Sequence record: DRR723986_13572 | Reading direction: 5' to 3' (one strand) | DNA length: 42,571 nt | In this document: one piece after another, positions 8,981-17,604 of the stretch | Layout of the letters: each line of letters starts with the position of its first letter | Position numbering within the stretch: the stretch's first letter is position 1 | Made by a program: the position numbers and the translations under genes | The notes under the pieces: generated by a model | Database searches by the model: none | Told to the model about the DNA's origin: nothing | The model's input: only the letters and a program-made list of their open reading frames with translations

Positions 8981-9547
8981 TCAACCTTTTATTTTCTTTA
9001 AAATATGTCTCGCTCTGGCTTTAAATCCTGAGCTTTGCATTTGAAAATCACGCTCCAATATTATGGCTAATTCTGGATGTATCCAATTGTGGTCTCTACC
9101 AAATAAAAACAATGTATTCATAGAATATGCCTTAGGGGCAATCTTTTGTTGTGGGTCAATCATATAATCAAAACAAACTTCAATAATACGTTCTTGGTAA
9201 ATTGGTTTCAATGCCGTTTTAACCAAATTGTCTTTTTTAGAGTAATATGCTTTTGCTAAATATTCACAGATTTTTGCTACAGGCCTCACAGCTGAATGAT
9301 GATGGATCAAATGCATATTTTTGGTAAAGTAATCTAAATAAGGGAGTGCTTCGTCTAAATTTTTACCGCACATAAACTCAAATACCCATGCCGCACGATA
9401 AGATGTTTTATCATCTACCATAAACATTATGTCTAAGAAATGTTTAATGTAACTTGGATTGTCCAACAGTAATCCTGCAAAATAATTACGATTATCGCGC
9501 GAGTGGTTTACATAATTTAATTCTTTATAAAGTTGGTCTTTTGTCAA
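8981..9547 (-). CDS. Conserved all-helical (HEAT/ARM-like) hypothetical protein
   Basis: Probable TTG start (MTKDQLYKEL); SYRAAWVFEF, SAVRPVAKICE, KAYSMNTL and GFKARARHIL; no lyase signature. Confidence 0.7.
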   Translation of the reverse strand: MTKDQLYKELNYVNHSRDNRNYFAGLLLDNPSYIKHFLDIMFMVDDKTSYRAAWVFEFMCGKNLDEALPYLDYFTKNMHLIHHHSAVRPVAKICEYLAKAYYSKKDNLVKTALKPIYQERIIEVCFDYMIDPQQKIAPKAYSMNTLFLFGRDHNWIHPELAIILERDFQMQSSGFKARARHILKKIKG

Positions 9548-9589
9548 AACGTTTCTTATTTTTAACACTTCTAAATTAGTCAAAAAGCC

Positions 9590-10069
9590 ATGATAAAAAA
9601 ACTCTTAAAAAAACTCGGATTAGCTCTATTACTTGTGTTTATTGTGGCACAATTTTTTGGGCCAGAAAAGAACGATGGTGACATTGCTTCAGTTGAGGCA
9701 TTTTTAGTAGATACTAACCCACCTGAAGATGTAAAGTTGATTTTAAAAAGTGCATGTTTTGATTGTCATAGCGACTATACAAGATATCCTTGGTACAATA
9801 ATATTACTCCAGTTAATTACTGGTTAGCAGATCATGTAAGGCATGGAAAAGGTGATTTTAATGTGTCTAAATGGAATGATTATTCAGACAAAAAGAAAGA
9901 CCATAAACTAGAAGAATTAGCTGAAGAAGTTGAGGAAGGACATATGCCATTACCTAGTTATACATGGACACATAGCGATGCAAAACTAACAAAAGAGCAA
10001 ATTGAATCGGTAGAGGCTTGGATAAAAACAGCACGCTTAAAATATGCCTTTCTGAAAGAACCACAATAG
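9590..10069 (+). CDS. Heme-binding (Haem_bd) c-type cytochrome
   Basis: CFDCH heme attachment motif, YPWY, MPLPSY (axial Met), N-terminal membrane anchor. Confidence 0.9.
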   Translation: MIKKLLKKLGLALLLVFIVAQFFGPEKNDGDIASVEAFLVDTNPPEDVKLILKSACFDCHSDYTRYPWYNNITPVNYWLADHVRHGKGDFNVSKWNDYSDKKKDHKLEELAEEVEEGHMPLPSYTWTHSDAKLTKEQIESVEAWIKTARLKYAFLKEPQ

Positions 10070-11302
10070 TTGAGTAAAGTTGCTTTAATAATTGGTTTTG
10101 TTTGGCCAGAACCTAAGAGTTCAGCTGCTGGTAGCAGAATGCTACAATTAGTTAAGCAATTTCAAAAACAAGGCTACGACATTACGTTTGCATCAGCAGC
10201 AAAACCTTCGGCAAATACTTACGATTTGAGTAAATTAAGAGTATCCACTCAAAGTATACTTTTAAACGATGCTTCATTCGATGATTTTATTTTAGAATTA
10301 AACCCGAGCGTTGTTCTATTTGATCGTTTTATGACGGAAGAGCAATATGGCTGGCGTGTTGCAGAGCACTGTCCTAAAGCCATACGAATTTTAGATACAG
10401 AAGATTTCCATGGATTACGAAAGGCTAGGGAAGCGGCATTAAAAGGAGATGTTGAACTTAGTATTGATCATTTACAAAATGATACTACTAAACGCGAAAT
10501 TGCCAGCATTTATCGTAGCGACTTAAGCTTAATGATTTCTGAAGCTGAGATTAAAATTCTGACTCAACAATTTAAAATCGATAAGAGTTTACTTTATTAT
10601 CTACCATTTTTATTAGAGCCCTTAAACAAAACTGAAATTGTTCAATTACCAAAGTTTAAAGACCGACAACATTTCATCACAATTGGTAATTTTTTGCATC
10701 CACCAAATTACGACGCCCTTGTATACTTGAAACAAGCTATTTGGCCTTTAATAAGAACTCAATTACCCAATATTGAGTTACACATTTACGGTGCGTATGA
10801 ATCTCAAAAGGTAACTCAATTACATAATGAAAAAGAAGGCTTTATGATAAAAGGATTCGCTGAAGACGTCGATGAGGTTATGGAGCAAGCAAAGGTTTGC
10901 TTAGCTCCTTTACGATTTGGTGCAGGTTTAAAAGGGAAACTTGTAGATGCCATGCAAAGTGGTACTCCTTGTGTTATGTCTTCAATCGCTGCAGAAGGCA
11001 TGTTTGGTGATTTAGCACCAAATGGTTTAATAGCAAATGAGCCAGAACAGATTGCAAAAAATGCGATAGAGTTATACAAAGACGCTAAAAAATGGCAACA
11101 GTATCAACTAAATGGGTTTAGAATACTCAATGACCGATTTAATATTACTTTGTTTGAGAATGAATTGGCTAAAAAAGTCGAGCACTTAAGGACTAATTTA
11201 AAAGCGCATAGACAAAACAATTTTATCGGAAATCTTTTACAACATCAAATGCTTCAGAGTACTAAGTATTTAAGTAAATGGATAGAAGAGAAGAATAAGT
11301 GA
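10070..11302 (+). CDS. GT-B fold glycosyltransferase (GT4-like)
   Basis: WPEPKSSAAGSRM, IGNFLHPPN, LAPLRFGAGLKGK...AMQSGTP. Confidence 0.85.
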   Translation: MSKVALIIGFVWPEPKSSAAGSRMLQLVKQFQKQGYDITFASAAKPSANTYDLSKLRVSTQSILLNDASFDDFILELNPSVVLFDRFMTEEQYGWRVAEHCPKAIRILDTEDFHGLRKAREAALKGDVELSIDHLQNDTTKREIASIYRSDLSLMISEAEIKILTQQFKIDKSLLYYLPFLLEPLNKTEIVQLPKFKDRQHFITIGNFLHPPNYDALVYLKQAIWPLIRTQLPNIELHIYGAYESQKVTQLHNEKEGFMIKGFAEDVDEVMEQAKVCLAPLRFGAGLKGKLVDAMQSGTPCVMSSIAAEGMFGDLAPNGLIANEPEQIAKNAIELYKDAKKWQQYQLNGFRILNDRFNITLFENELAKKVEHLRTNLKAHRQNNFIGNLLQHQMLQSTKYLSKWIEEKNK

Positions 11303-11397
11303 TTGCTTGAAGTTCGTTTAAGTACTTGATATGATATCGTAATGTTTTATCTATAATATTAAACGAGGTTAGCAGAATAACTTGGAATAGTTAAGTT

Positions 11398-11485
11398 TGT
11401 AAAAGACACTTGTATATTTCAAAAATGTAAAGTGTATTTGTCATATAGTAAAAATAAATTTACATAATATAAAATATATTTGTCA
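11398..11485. promoter_or_regulatory. Array of 3-4 imperfect palindromic operators upstream of the membrane protein-XRE operon
   Basis: 18-mers at 11398, 11426, 11447 and 11468 with consensus TGTAAA-N6-TT(G/T)(T/A)CA; the last three are exactly 21 bp apart. Confidence 0.65.
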
Positions 11486-11488
11486 ATT

Positions 11489-11939
11489 ATGAATACTGGG
11501 AATTTTGTTGAAAACGAGCGAAGACGTTTGCAAAAAATAGTAAACTTTAGACTACCACATGAATTTATGGCTATTGGTATAGGCATTACCTTACTTTCGG
11601 TAATAATGATCTTTGTTAGGGCTTTTGCCATGAATGGAGACACAGAATGGTTAAAGCTGCTATTGCAAAAAAACAATGCTTATTGGGATGTTAATAATAT
11701 CTTTGTCTAAAGATAAGATTGAAGATGAAATGACCATAAGTTTAAGGGCACAGTCGTATGCTATTGCTTTTATTGTGGGTGTTTTATATGCATTAGTGAT
11801 GCCTTATGTAGAGTTTGGAGTATCTAATGTGGTCCATTCTGGTGGCGAGGCTTATAAGGAGCTTGGTGATTTTCAGGTTTTGTTATTTATGCTTATGATT
11901 CAATTGATGTTTTATCATACCTTAAAGCGTTACAGATAA
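11489..11939 (+). pseudogene. Four-TM membrane protein split by a +1 frameshift in an A7 run
   Basis: ORFs 11480-11710 and 11676-11939 join as ...LLLQKTMLIGMLIISLSKDKIEDE if one A is removed from 11667-11673. Confidence 0.8.
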
Positions 11940-12139
11940 TGGAGAATACTATAAAATTAGAGCGTGCTAAATTGAGCTTAACACAAGATGATTTAGCAAA
12001 AAAAATTGGTGTATCGCGCCAAACTATAAATTCTATTGAGGCTAATCGCTACGTGCCTTCAACAGTTTTGGCCTTAACACTTTCTGATGTCTTTGGTAAA
12101 CCGGTGAATGACTTTTTTAAACTAAGTGAAGAGGATTAG
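11939..12139 (+). CDS. XRE/Cro-C1 HTH transcriptional regulator
   Basis: LTQDDLAKKIGVSRQTINSIE...PSTVLAL; TAATG stop/start overlap with the upstream gene. Confidence 0.93.
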   Translation: MENTIKLERAKLSLTQDDLAKKIGVSRQTINSIEANRYVPSTVLALTLSDVFGKPVNDFFKLSEED

Positions 12140-12154
12140 TATTAAAAAATACTT

Positions 12155-12829
12155 TTATGACAATAGTTCATAAAGATCTTTCATACCCTCAGTAGCTGTT
12201 TTAGCAATAACTTTAATATTTCCGTCAGAGGCAATTGCTGGTTTAGGATCTATGTAAAAAATCTTTGTGTCTGGTTGTACATAATTAATTAAACTTGCGG
12301 CAGGATACACTTGCATACTTGTCCCAATAATCAATAAAATATCAGCAGCATAACATATTTTCACGGCAGTTTCTATCATTGGTACATCCTCTCCATACCA
12401 TACAATATGCGGTCGTAATTGATAGCCTTTTTCACAAGTGTCACCTAGATTAAGATCTTCTGTCCAAACTCTAATATCAGATGGGTTTCCTGTACTTCTA
12501 ATTTTTAGTAATTCACCATGCAAATGTACTACATCAGTACTTCCTGCACGTTCGTGTAAGTCATCAACATTTTGCGTGATTATTGTTACTTTAAAATAGT
12601 TTTCTAAATGTGCTAAATCCTTATGTGCTTGATTAGGTTCTACTGTTTTTAATTGTCTTCGTCTTTGGTTGTAAAAATCTAAAACCAATTCAGGATTTGC
12701 CCTAAATCCCTCAGGAGAAGCAACCTTCATAACATCATGTCCTTCCCATAATCCATCATGATCTCTAAAGGTTTTCACACCACTTTCGGCGCTCATACCA
12801 GCACCAGTTAATACAACTATGTGTTTCAT
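12155..12829 (-). CDS. cobB: NAD-dependent deacylase (sirtuin)
   Basis: GAGMSAESGVKTFR, TQNVDDLHERAG, HLHGE, LRPHIVW, GTSMQVYPAA. Confidence 0.93.
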   Translation of the reverse strand: MKHIVVLTGAGMSAESGVKTFRDHDGLWEGHDVMKVASPEGFRANPELVLDFYNQRRRQLKTVEPNQAHKDLAHLENYFKVTIITQNVDDLHERAGSTDVVHLHGELLKIRSTGNPSDIRVWTEDLNLGDTCEKGYQLRPHIVWYGEDVPMIETAVKICYAADILLIIGTSMQVYPAASLINYVQPDTKIFYIDPKPAIASDGNIKVIAKTATEGMKDLYELLS

Positions 12830-12854
12830 AGTTTAAATTTACTAATTTTGAGTT

Positions 12855-13511
12855 ATGGCAGACTTAAAACTTATCGAATATCTAGAAACGTATCTAACTG
12901 ATAACCGTAGAACCAGGTTTTCAGAGGTGTTGAAACAACGTACTAAATATTTTACAGTAGCTATAGAAGATGTTTACCAATTACATAATACCAGTGCTGT
13001 GATACGATCTTGTGATGTATTTGGCATACAAGAAGTTAATATTATTGAAGAAATTAACTCTAAACGAATAGATCGCGAAATTGCAATGGGAGCTCAAAAA
13101 TGGGTAGACCTTAATCGTTTTCAGAATACCAAGTCCTGTATTGAAGATTTAAGAGAACAAGGCTACCAGATTGTTGCTACAACACCACATGCAGAAGATT
13201 GTGAGCTTATAGATTTTGATATTTCTAAGCCGTCTTGCTTCTTTTTTGGTAGAGAAACAGAAGGGTTATCACCACAAGTATTAGATAATGCTGATAGTTT
13301 TCTGAAAATACCTATGGTAGGATTTACCGAAAGTTTAAATATATCAGTCTCAGCTGCCATTATTTTACAACACGTCACTTCCAAGCTTAGAAAGTCTGAA
13401 ATTCCATGGCAACTTACCGAAGAAGAACTCATTGAAAAACGATTTGACTGGATAAAGAAAACGATAAAGAATTACGATGCTATTGTAGAGCATTTCCAAT
13501 CTAAATCATAA
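12855..13511 (+). CDS. TrmH/SpoU family RNA methyltransferase
   Basis: HNTSAVIRSCDVFG, FFGRETEGLS, IPMVGFTESLNISVSAAI. Confidence 0.93.
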   Translation: MADLKLIEYLETYLTDNRRTRFSEVLKQRTKYFTVAIEDVYQLHNTSAVIRSCDVFGIQEVNIIEEINSKRIDREIAMGAQKWVDLNRFQNTKSCIEDLREQGYQIVATTPHAEDCELIDFDISKPSCFFFGRETEGLSPQVLDNADSFLKIPMVGFTESLNISVSAAIILQHVTSKLRKSEIPWQLTEEELIEKRFDWIKKTIKNYDAIVEHFQSKS

Positions 13512-13553
13512 TTTTCGTAACTTTAAAGAACTAACTAAAAAATCTTTTTAATT

Positions 13554-14081
13554 ATGATTTTAGCACTCTATATTGTGTTAGGTATAGTTGCACTTATTGT
13601 TTTACTAGCCTTATTTGCTCCAAAAAAATATCACGTTAGCCGGTCAGTTACTGTAAATAAACCAATTGCAGAGGTTTTTGATTATATTAAATATGTAAAG
13701 AAACAAAATGAGTGGTCTCCCTGGAAAAAGAAAGATCCAAACATGAAACAAGAATACATTGGTACAGATGGAGAAGTTGGATTTGTAGCAAAATGGGAAG
13801 GCAATTAAGAAGTAGGTACTGGTGAACAAGAAATTACCAAAGTGGTTGAAAATAAAGCGCTCGAAAGTCAACTACGATTTTTTAAACCTTGGAAATCACA
13901 ATCTAATGCCTTTATTAATGTAGACGAAATTGATGCTAATTCTACAAACGTAACTTGGGGTTTTTCGGGTGTAAATAAACCACCTTCAAATATTTTCTTT
14001 TTGTTTTTTAATATGGATAAAACCGTTGGGAAGGATTTTCAAGATGGCCTTAATGATTTAAAACATAATTTAGAATCTTAA
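13554..14081 (+). pseudogene. SRPBCC family protein with an in-frame premature stop
   Basis: ...KWEGN-TAA(13806-13808)-EVGTGEQEITKVVENK... continues in the same frame to 14081. Confidence 0.85.
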
Positions 14082-14092
14082 AATAATATACT

Positions 14093-14455
14093 ATGGTAGG
14101 TTGGTTTGAAATCCCTGTAAACGACATGGATCGTGCTAAGACATTTTACGAAACAGTGTTTAATGTTGAAATTAAAGATGTTGATTTTGGCGGCTTAAAA
14201 ATGGGTTGGTTTCCTGATAATAATGGCGCTCATGTTGCTACAGGCACACTAATTATGCAAGACACGTATATTCCAAGTCAAGAGGAAACTTTGGTTTATT
14301 TTATGTCTGAGGATGTAAATAATGAATTAAGTAGAGTAGAGGCTGCTGGAGGAAAAATATATCAGCAAAAGACTAAAATTTCAGATGAGCACGGCTTTAT
14401 GGGAGTTTTTATAGACTCAGAAGGAAATAGTGTAGCACTGCACTCCAAAGCGTAA
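14093..14455 (+). CDS. VOC/glyoxalase family protein
   Basis: VGWFEIPVNDMDRAKTFYE...RVEAAGGK...FIDSEGN. Confidence 0.9.
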   Translation: MVGWFEIPVNDMDRAKTFYETVFNVEIKDVDFGGLKMGWFPDNNGAHVATGTLIMQDTYIPSQEETLVYFMSEDVNNELSRVEAAGGKIYQQKTKISDEHGFMGVFIDSEGNSVALHSKA

Positions 14456-14465
14456 GGCTTAAGCC

Positions 14466-15278
14466 TTATGCCTTATCTTTCTTAGACTTTTTCTTTTTCT
14501 TGTCCTTGCTACGACTAATCACTTTGTATTCTTCGTAACATTCGCTAATAGCGTCTAATACTTGTAAATCGTTCGCAGTATTTATAAAGTCCCTTGAGTA
14601 GTTACATTGATTTATGATTTCGTCTAAATCATATTTTGACACCTGTAGTAATACTAAAAGCATTTCTCGATCAAAGCGTTCTGAAAGTTGTTGCCTTATT
14701 TCGTCGTCTTCCTTCATCTTTCTCAGCTTTCGCATCTGATTTGGCTTTTTACCAAACATGTTATACAAGAAATCTGCAGGATTAAAAATAGCACCTAACA
14801 CTTTAGTCGCAATATTTGGTTTACCCGCTTCATAGCCTTGACCTGGCAAACCAGAAATTCTATAGCGGTTATTAGATTGAATAGGAATTTGTTTCATATC
14901 CACCTCTAAATAACCCGTAAGCTCTAGTTGTTTTACGGTAACTTCTTCTAAGGCTAAAGCCAATTCAGTCATTTGAATTTCGGTGTTGCCGAATTTTAAC
15001 CAGTCATTAGTTACTCTAACTTTTATAGACTTATAACCAAGATACGATAGGTGAAGTGTATCATTAGCTTTTGCTTTAATTTCAAATTCACCATCATCAT
15101 TGGTAGACGTTCCGAGAACTTGATTAATATTTACAATATTTACCTCACTTAATGGACCTTGAGTTGTGGTACTGGTAATAGTTCCTTTAACCGTCGTTGG
15201 TGTAGTGGTTTTTGTGCTGTCTTGACTGTAGCTATTAACTGTAGTAAAACATAAAAATAAAATGAGTAAATATCGCAT
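14466..15278 (-). CDS. Carboxypeptidase-like regulatory domain protein
   Basis: Signal peptide; VNIVNIN..GTSTNDDGEFEI..DTLHLSYLGYK..LEEVTV pattern. Confidence 0.8.
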   Translation of the reverse strand: MRYLLILFLCFTTVNSYSQDSTKTTTPTTVKGTITSTTTQGPLSEVNIVNINQVLGTSTNDDGEFEIKAKANDTLHLSYLGYKSIKVRVTNDWLKFGNTEIQMTELALALEEVTVKQLELTGYLEVDMKQIPIQSNNRYRISGLPGQGYEAGKPNIATKVLGAIFNPADFLYNMFGKKPNQMRKLRKMKEDDEIRQQLSERFDREMLLVLLQVSKYDLDEIINQCNYSRDFINTANDLQVLDAISECYEEYKVISRSKDKKKKKSKKDKA

Positions 15279-15371
15279 TGCTCTTTGTTACGTGGTAAAG
15301 GTAGTAAACAAAACGCATTTTAGCATATAGCTAGTACAATTTGACTAAATATTAACATGCTGATAAACATG

Positions 15372-15398
15372 AAAAAAGCCTCTAAACAGAGGCTTTTC
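15372..15398 (-). terminator. Intrinsic terminator of the DEAD-box helicase gene
   Basis: AAAAGCCTCT-AAAC-AGAGGCTTTT with a U-tract on the minus strand. Confidence 0.85.
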
Positions 15399-15399
15399 T

Positions 15400-17253
15400 T
15401 TATTTTCTACGAGATCGTCTTGGTCTGTCTGAACCAGAATTATTGGTTTCAGCAGAGCGCCTTCTGCCTCTGTTTTCTCCAGACGAAGAGCGTCTGTCAC
15501 CTCTAGAGTCGTCAGAACGTCGTCTTCTATCACTTCTGTTACCAGAACCTGAAGATCGTCTATCACCTCTTGGCTTATCACTGCGTCTTTTGCTGCGTCT
15601 GTCGTCTCTTCCACGTCCTCTGTCACGTCTTCCGCCACTGCTTCGACCTCTGTTTTCACTAACTTCTACATTAACAAAACGTCCGTCGTGTTTAAAATCA
15701 GTAAAGAATTCTAAAACCTTTTTTTCGTTTTCTTTCTCTGTATTGAAGAATGAGAAACTATCTTTTACATCTACTTTAAATACATCGTCTCTGCCTAACT
15801 CTAAAACTTCTTTTAAAAAGTCTTTAAGCTTCATCCAATCATAACCGTCTTTACGACCTACGTTAATAAAGTAACGTGTGTCATTTGAAGATTTACCATA
15901 GTCGCGTCCACCTTCTGAACCTCTAGATTCTGAAACCGTTAGGTCTTTTGACTTCTGATAGTAATTAAAGAATCTCGTAAATTCAACCGAGAAGAATTTC
16001 TTAATCAGTTCATCCTTATCAGTATCTTCAAATAATTCATTAATACTATCCAGGTATTTATCAATTTCGTGATTCACCTCTGTATTATGAATCTTATTCG
16101 CTAAACTCATTAATTGCACTTCGCAGATTTCAATACCAGAAGGAATATCTTTCTTTTCAAATTGCTTTTTAATGATGCGTTCTATGCTTTTTATTTTTCG
16201 TGTTTCACTTTTAGAAACAATAACCATTGAAACTCCTGTTTTACCAGCACGACCTGTTCTACCAGAACGGTGTGTGTAGGTTTCAATTTCATCTGGTAAT
16301 TGATAGTTAATAACGTGCGTAATATCATCTACATCAATACCACGAGCAGCTACATCAGTTGCTACAAGCATTTGTATTTGCTTATTTCTAAAGGATTTCA
16401 TGACTAAATCACGCTGATTCTGACTTAAATCGCCATGCAGTGCTCCTGCACTGTAACCATCTTCAATTAAGTTTTCGGCTACTTTTTGAGTATCGCGCTT
16501 AGTTCTACAGAAAATTACCGAGAATATATCAGGATTGGCATCTGCTAATCGTTTAAGCGCTAAATAACGGTCTCTGGCATTTACCAAATAGTATTCGTGA
16601 GATACCTGACTTGTACTTTCATTTTTATTTCCTACTGTAATTTCAATAGGATCGTACATAAATTTCTTAGCAATAATAGAGACTTCTTTAGGCATCGTTG
16701 CAGAAAACAACCATGTGCTTTTATCATCTGGTGTATGCGACAAAATATCTGTAATATCCTCGTAAAAGCCCATGTTAAGCATCTCATCGGCTTCATCTAA
16801 AACACTGTATTGTATTTTAGAGATATCTACCAATTTACGGCTAATCATATCTTTCATTCGACCAGGAGTTGCCACAATAATTTGCGCACCGCGTTTTACT
16901 TGTCTTGCCTGGTCTGTAATACTGGCACCACCATAAATAGCCGTAACGTTTAACCCATTACAGTATTTACCGTAATTTTTTAACTCGTTAGTAATTTGCA
17001 AGCAAAGCTCACGTGTGGGAGATAAGATAAGACCTTGTGTGGTTCTGCTATCTACATCAATTTTTTGCAACATCGGAAACCCGAAAGCTGCTGTTTTACC
17101 AGTACCTGTTTGTGCTAGTGCGACTAAATCGCGTTCTTCTTCTAATAAAATTGGAATTGCTTTTTCCTGGACTTCACTCGGTTTTGTAAACCCTAAATCC
17201 GTAATAGCATTGAGAAGGTCTTCATTAAGACCTAGTTCTTGGAATGTGCTCAT
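15400..17253 (-). CDS. DEAD-box RNA helicase (DeaD/CsdA-like, DbpA-type RNA-binding domain, R/S/D-rich tail)
   Basis: AQTGTGKT, PTREL, DEAD, SAT, ARGID and HRSGRTGRAG motifs. Confidence 0.96.
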   Translation of the reverse strand: MSTFQELGLNEDLLNAITDLGFTKPSEVQEKAIPILLEEERDLVALAQTGTGKTAAFGFPMLQKIDVDSRTTQGLILSPTRELCLQITNELKNYGKYCNGLNVTAIYGGASITDQARQVKRGAQIIVATPGRMKDMISRKLVDISKIQYSVLDEADEMLNMGFYEDITDILSHTPDDKSTWLFSATMPKEVSIIAKKFMYDPIEITVGNKNESTSQVSHEYYLVNARDRYLALKRLADANPDIFSVIFCRTKRDTQKVAENLIEDGYSAGALHGDLSQNQRDLVMKSFRNKQIQMLVATDVAARGIDVDDITHVINYQLPDEIETYTHRSGRTGRAGKTGVSMVIVSKSETRKIKSIERIIKKQFEKKDIPSGIEICEVQLMSLANKIHNTEVNHEIDKYLDSINELFEDTDKDELIKKFFSVEFTRFFNYYQKSKDLTVSESRGSEGGRDYGKSSNDTRYFINVGRKDGYDWMKLKDFLKEVLELGRDDVFKVDVKDSFSFFNTEKENEKKVLEFFTDFKHDGRFVNVEVSENRGRSSGGRRDRGRGRDDRRSKRRSDKPRGDRRSSGSGNRSDRRRRSDDSRGDRRSSSGENRGRRRSAETNNSGSDRPRRSRRK

Positions 17254-17399
17254 TCTTAAGTTTGTGTATTCGATTATGTTCCGTTGGTGTTACAAAAGAA
17301 GCGAATCGACATACTAAACACTTAAACTTCTAGGTAACACATCCTCACCCTGAGGAATAATATAAACTCAACCTTAGTGAGTTTCGAGCGGCAAAGATA
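17254..17399 (-). promoter_or_regulatory. -7 element and long structured 5' leader of the helicase gene
   Basis: TATCTTTG at 17392-17399; hairpins AAACTCA-N7-TGAGTTT (17364-17384) and TCCTCA-N3-TGAGGA (17342-17356). Confidence 0.6.
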
Positions 17400-17561
17400 G
17401 ACTATTATTTGGATATGCAAGATTCTAATAGTCCTATGGAAGAAACTGAGCTGAAATATATTCTAAAGCGGTTAATAACTTTGTACTATTTTTCTTTAAA
17501 AAATGATATCCATCATTGTGTAAATTTTGTATCTGGCTTAACTTCAGAATTGTGAAAAATC

Positions 17562-17577
17562 TACTCAATGTTGAGTA
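17562..17577. promoter_or_regulatory. 7-2-7 inverted repeat, candidate LuxR/NarL-type binding site
   Basis: TACTCAA-TG-TTGAGTA, 27 bp upstream of ATG 17605. Confidence 0.5.
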
Positions 17578-17604
17578 TTTGAGAATATATAAAACCAATT
17601 TATT

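Noticed and set aside
11398..11485. CRISPR or iteron interpretation of the periodic repeats
   Set aside because: The units are degenerate 18-mers with 3-bp gaps; no spacers, cas or rep genes.
13806..13808. Stop-codon recoding or readthrough in the SRPBCC gene
   Set aside because: TAA is the normal stop for most genes here; a point mutation or sequencing error is simpler.
15345..15844. Overlapping ORFs 15345-15659 (-) and 15443-15844 (+)
   Set aside because: By-products of the low-complexity Arg/Ser/Asp tail codons of the helicase.
17436..17555. 39-codon + strand ORF (MEETELKY...) upstream of the lipoprotein gene
   Set aside because: No recognisable features; compatible with chance.
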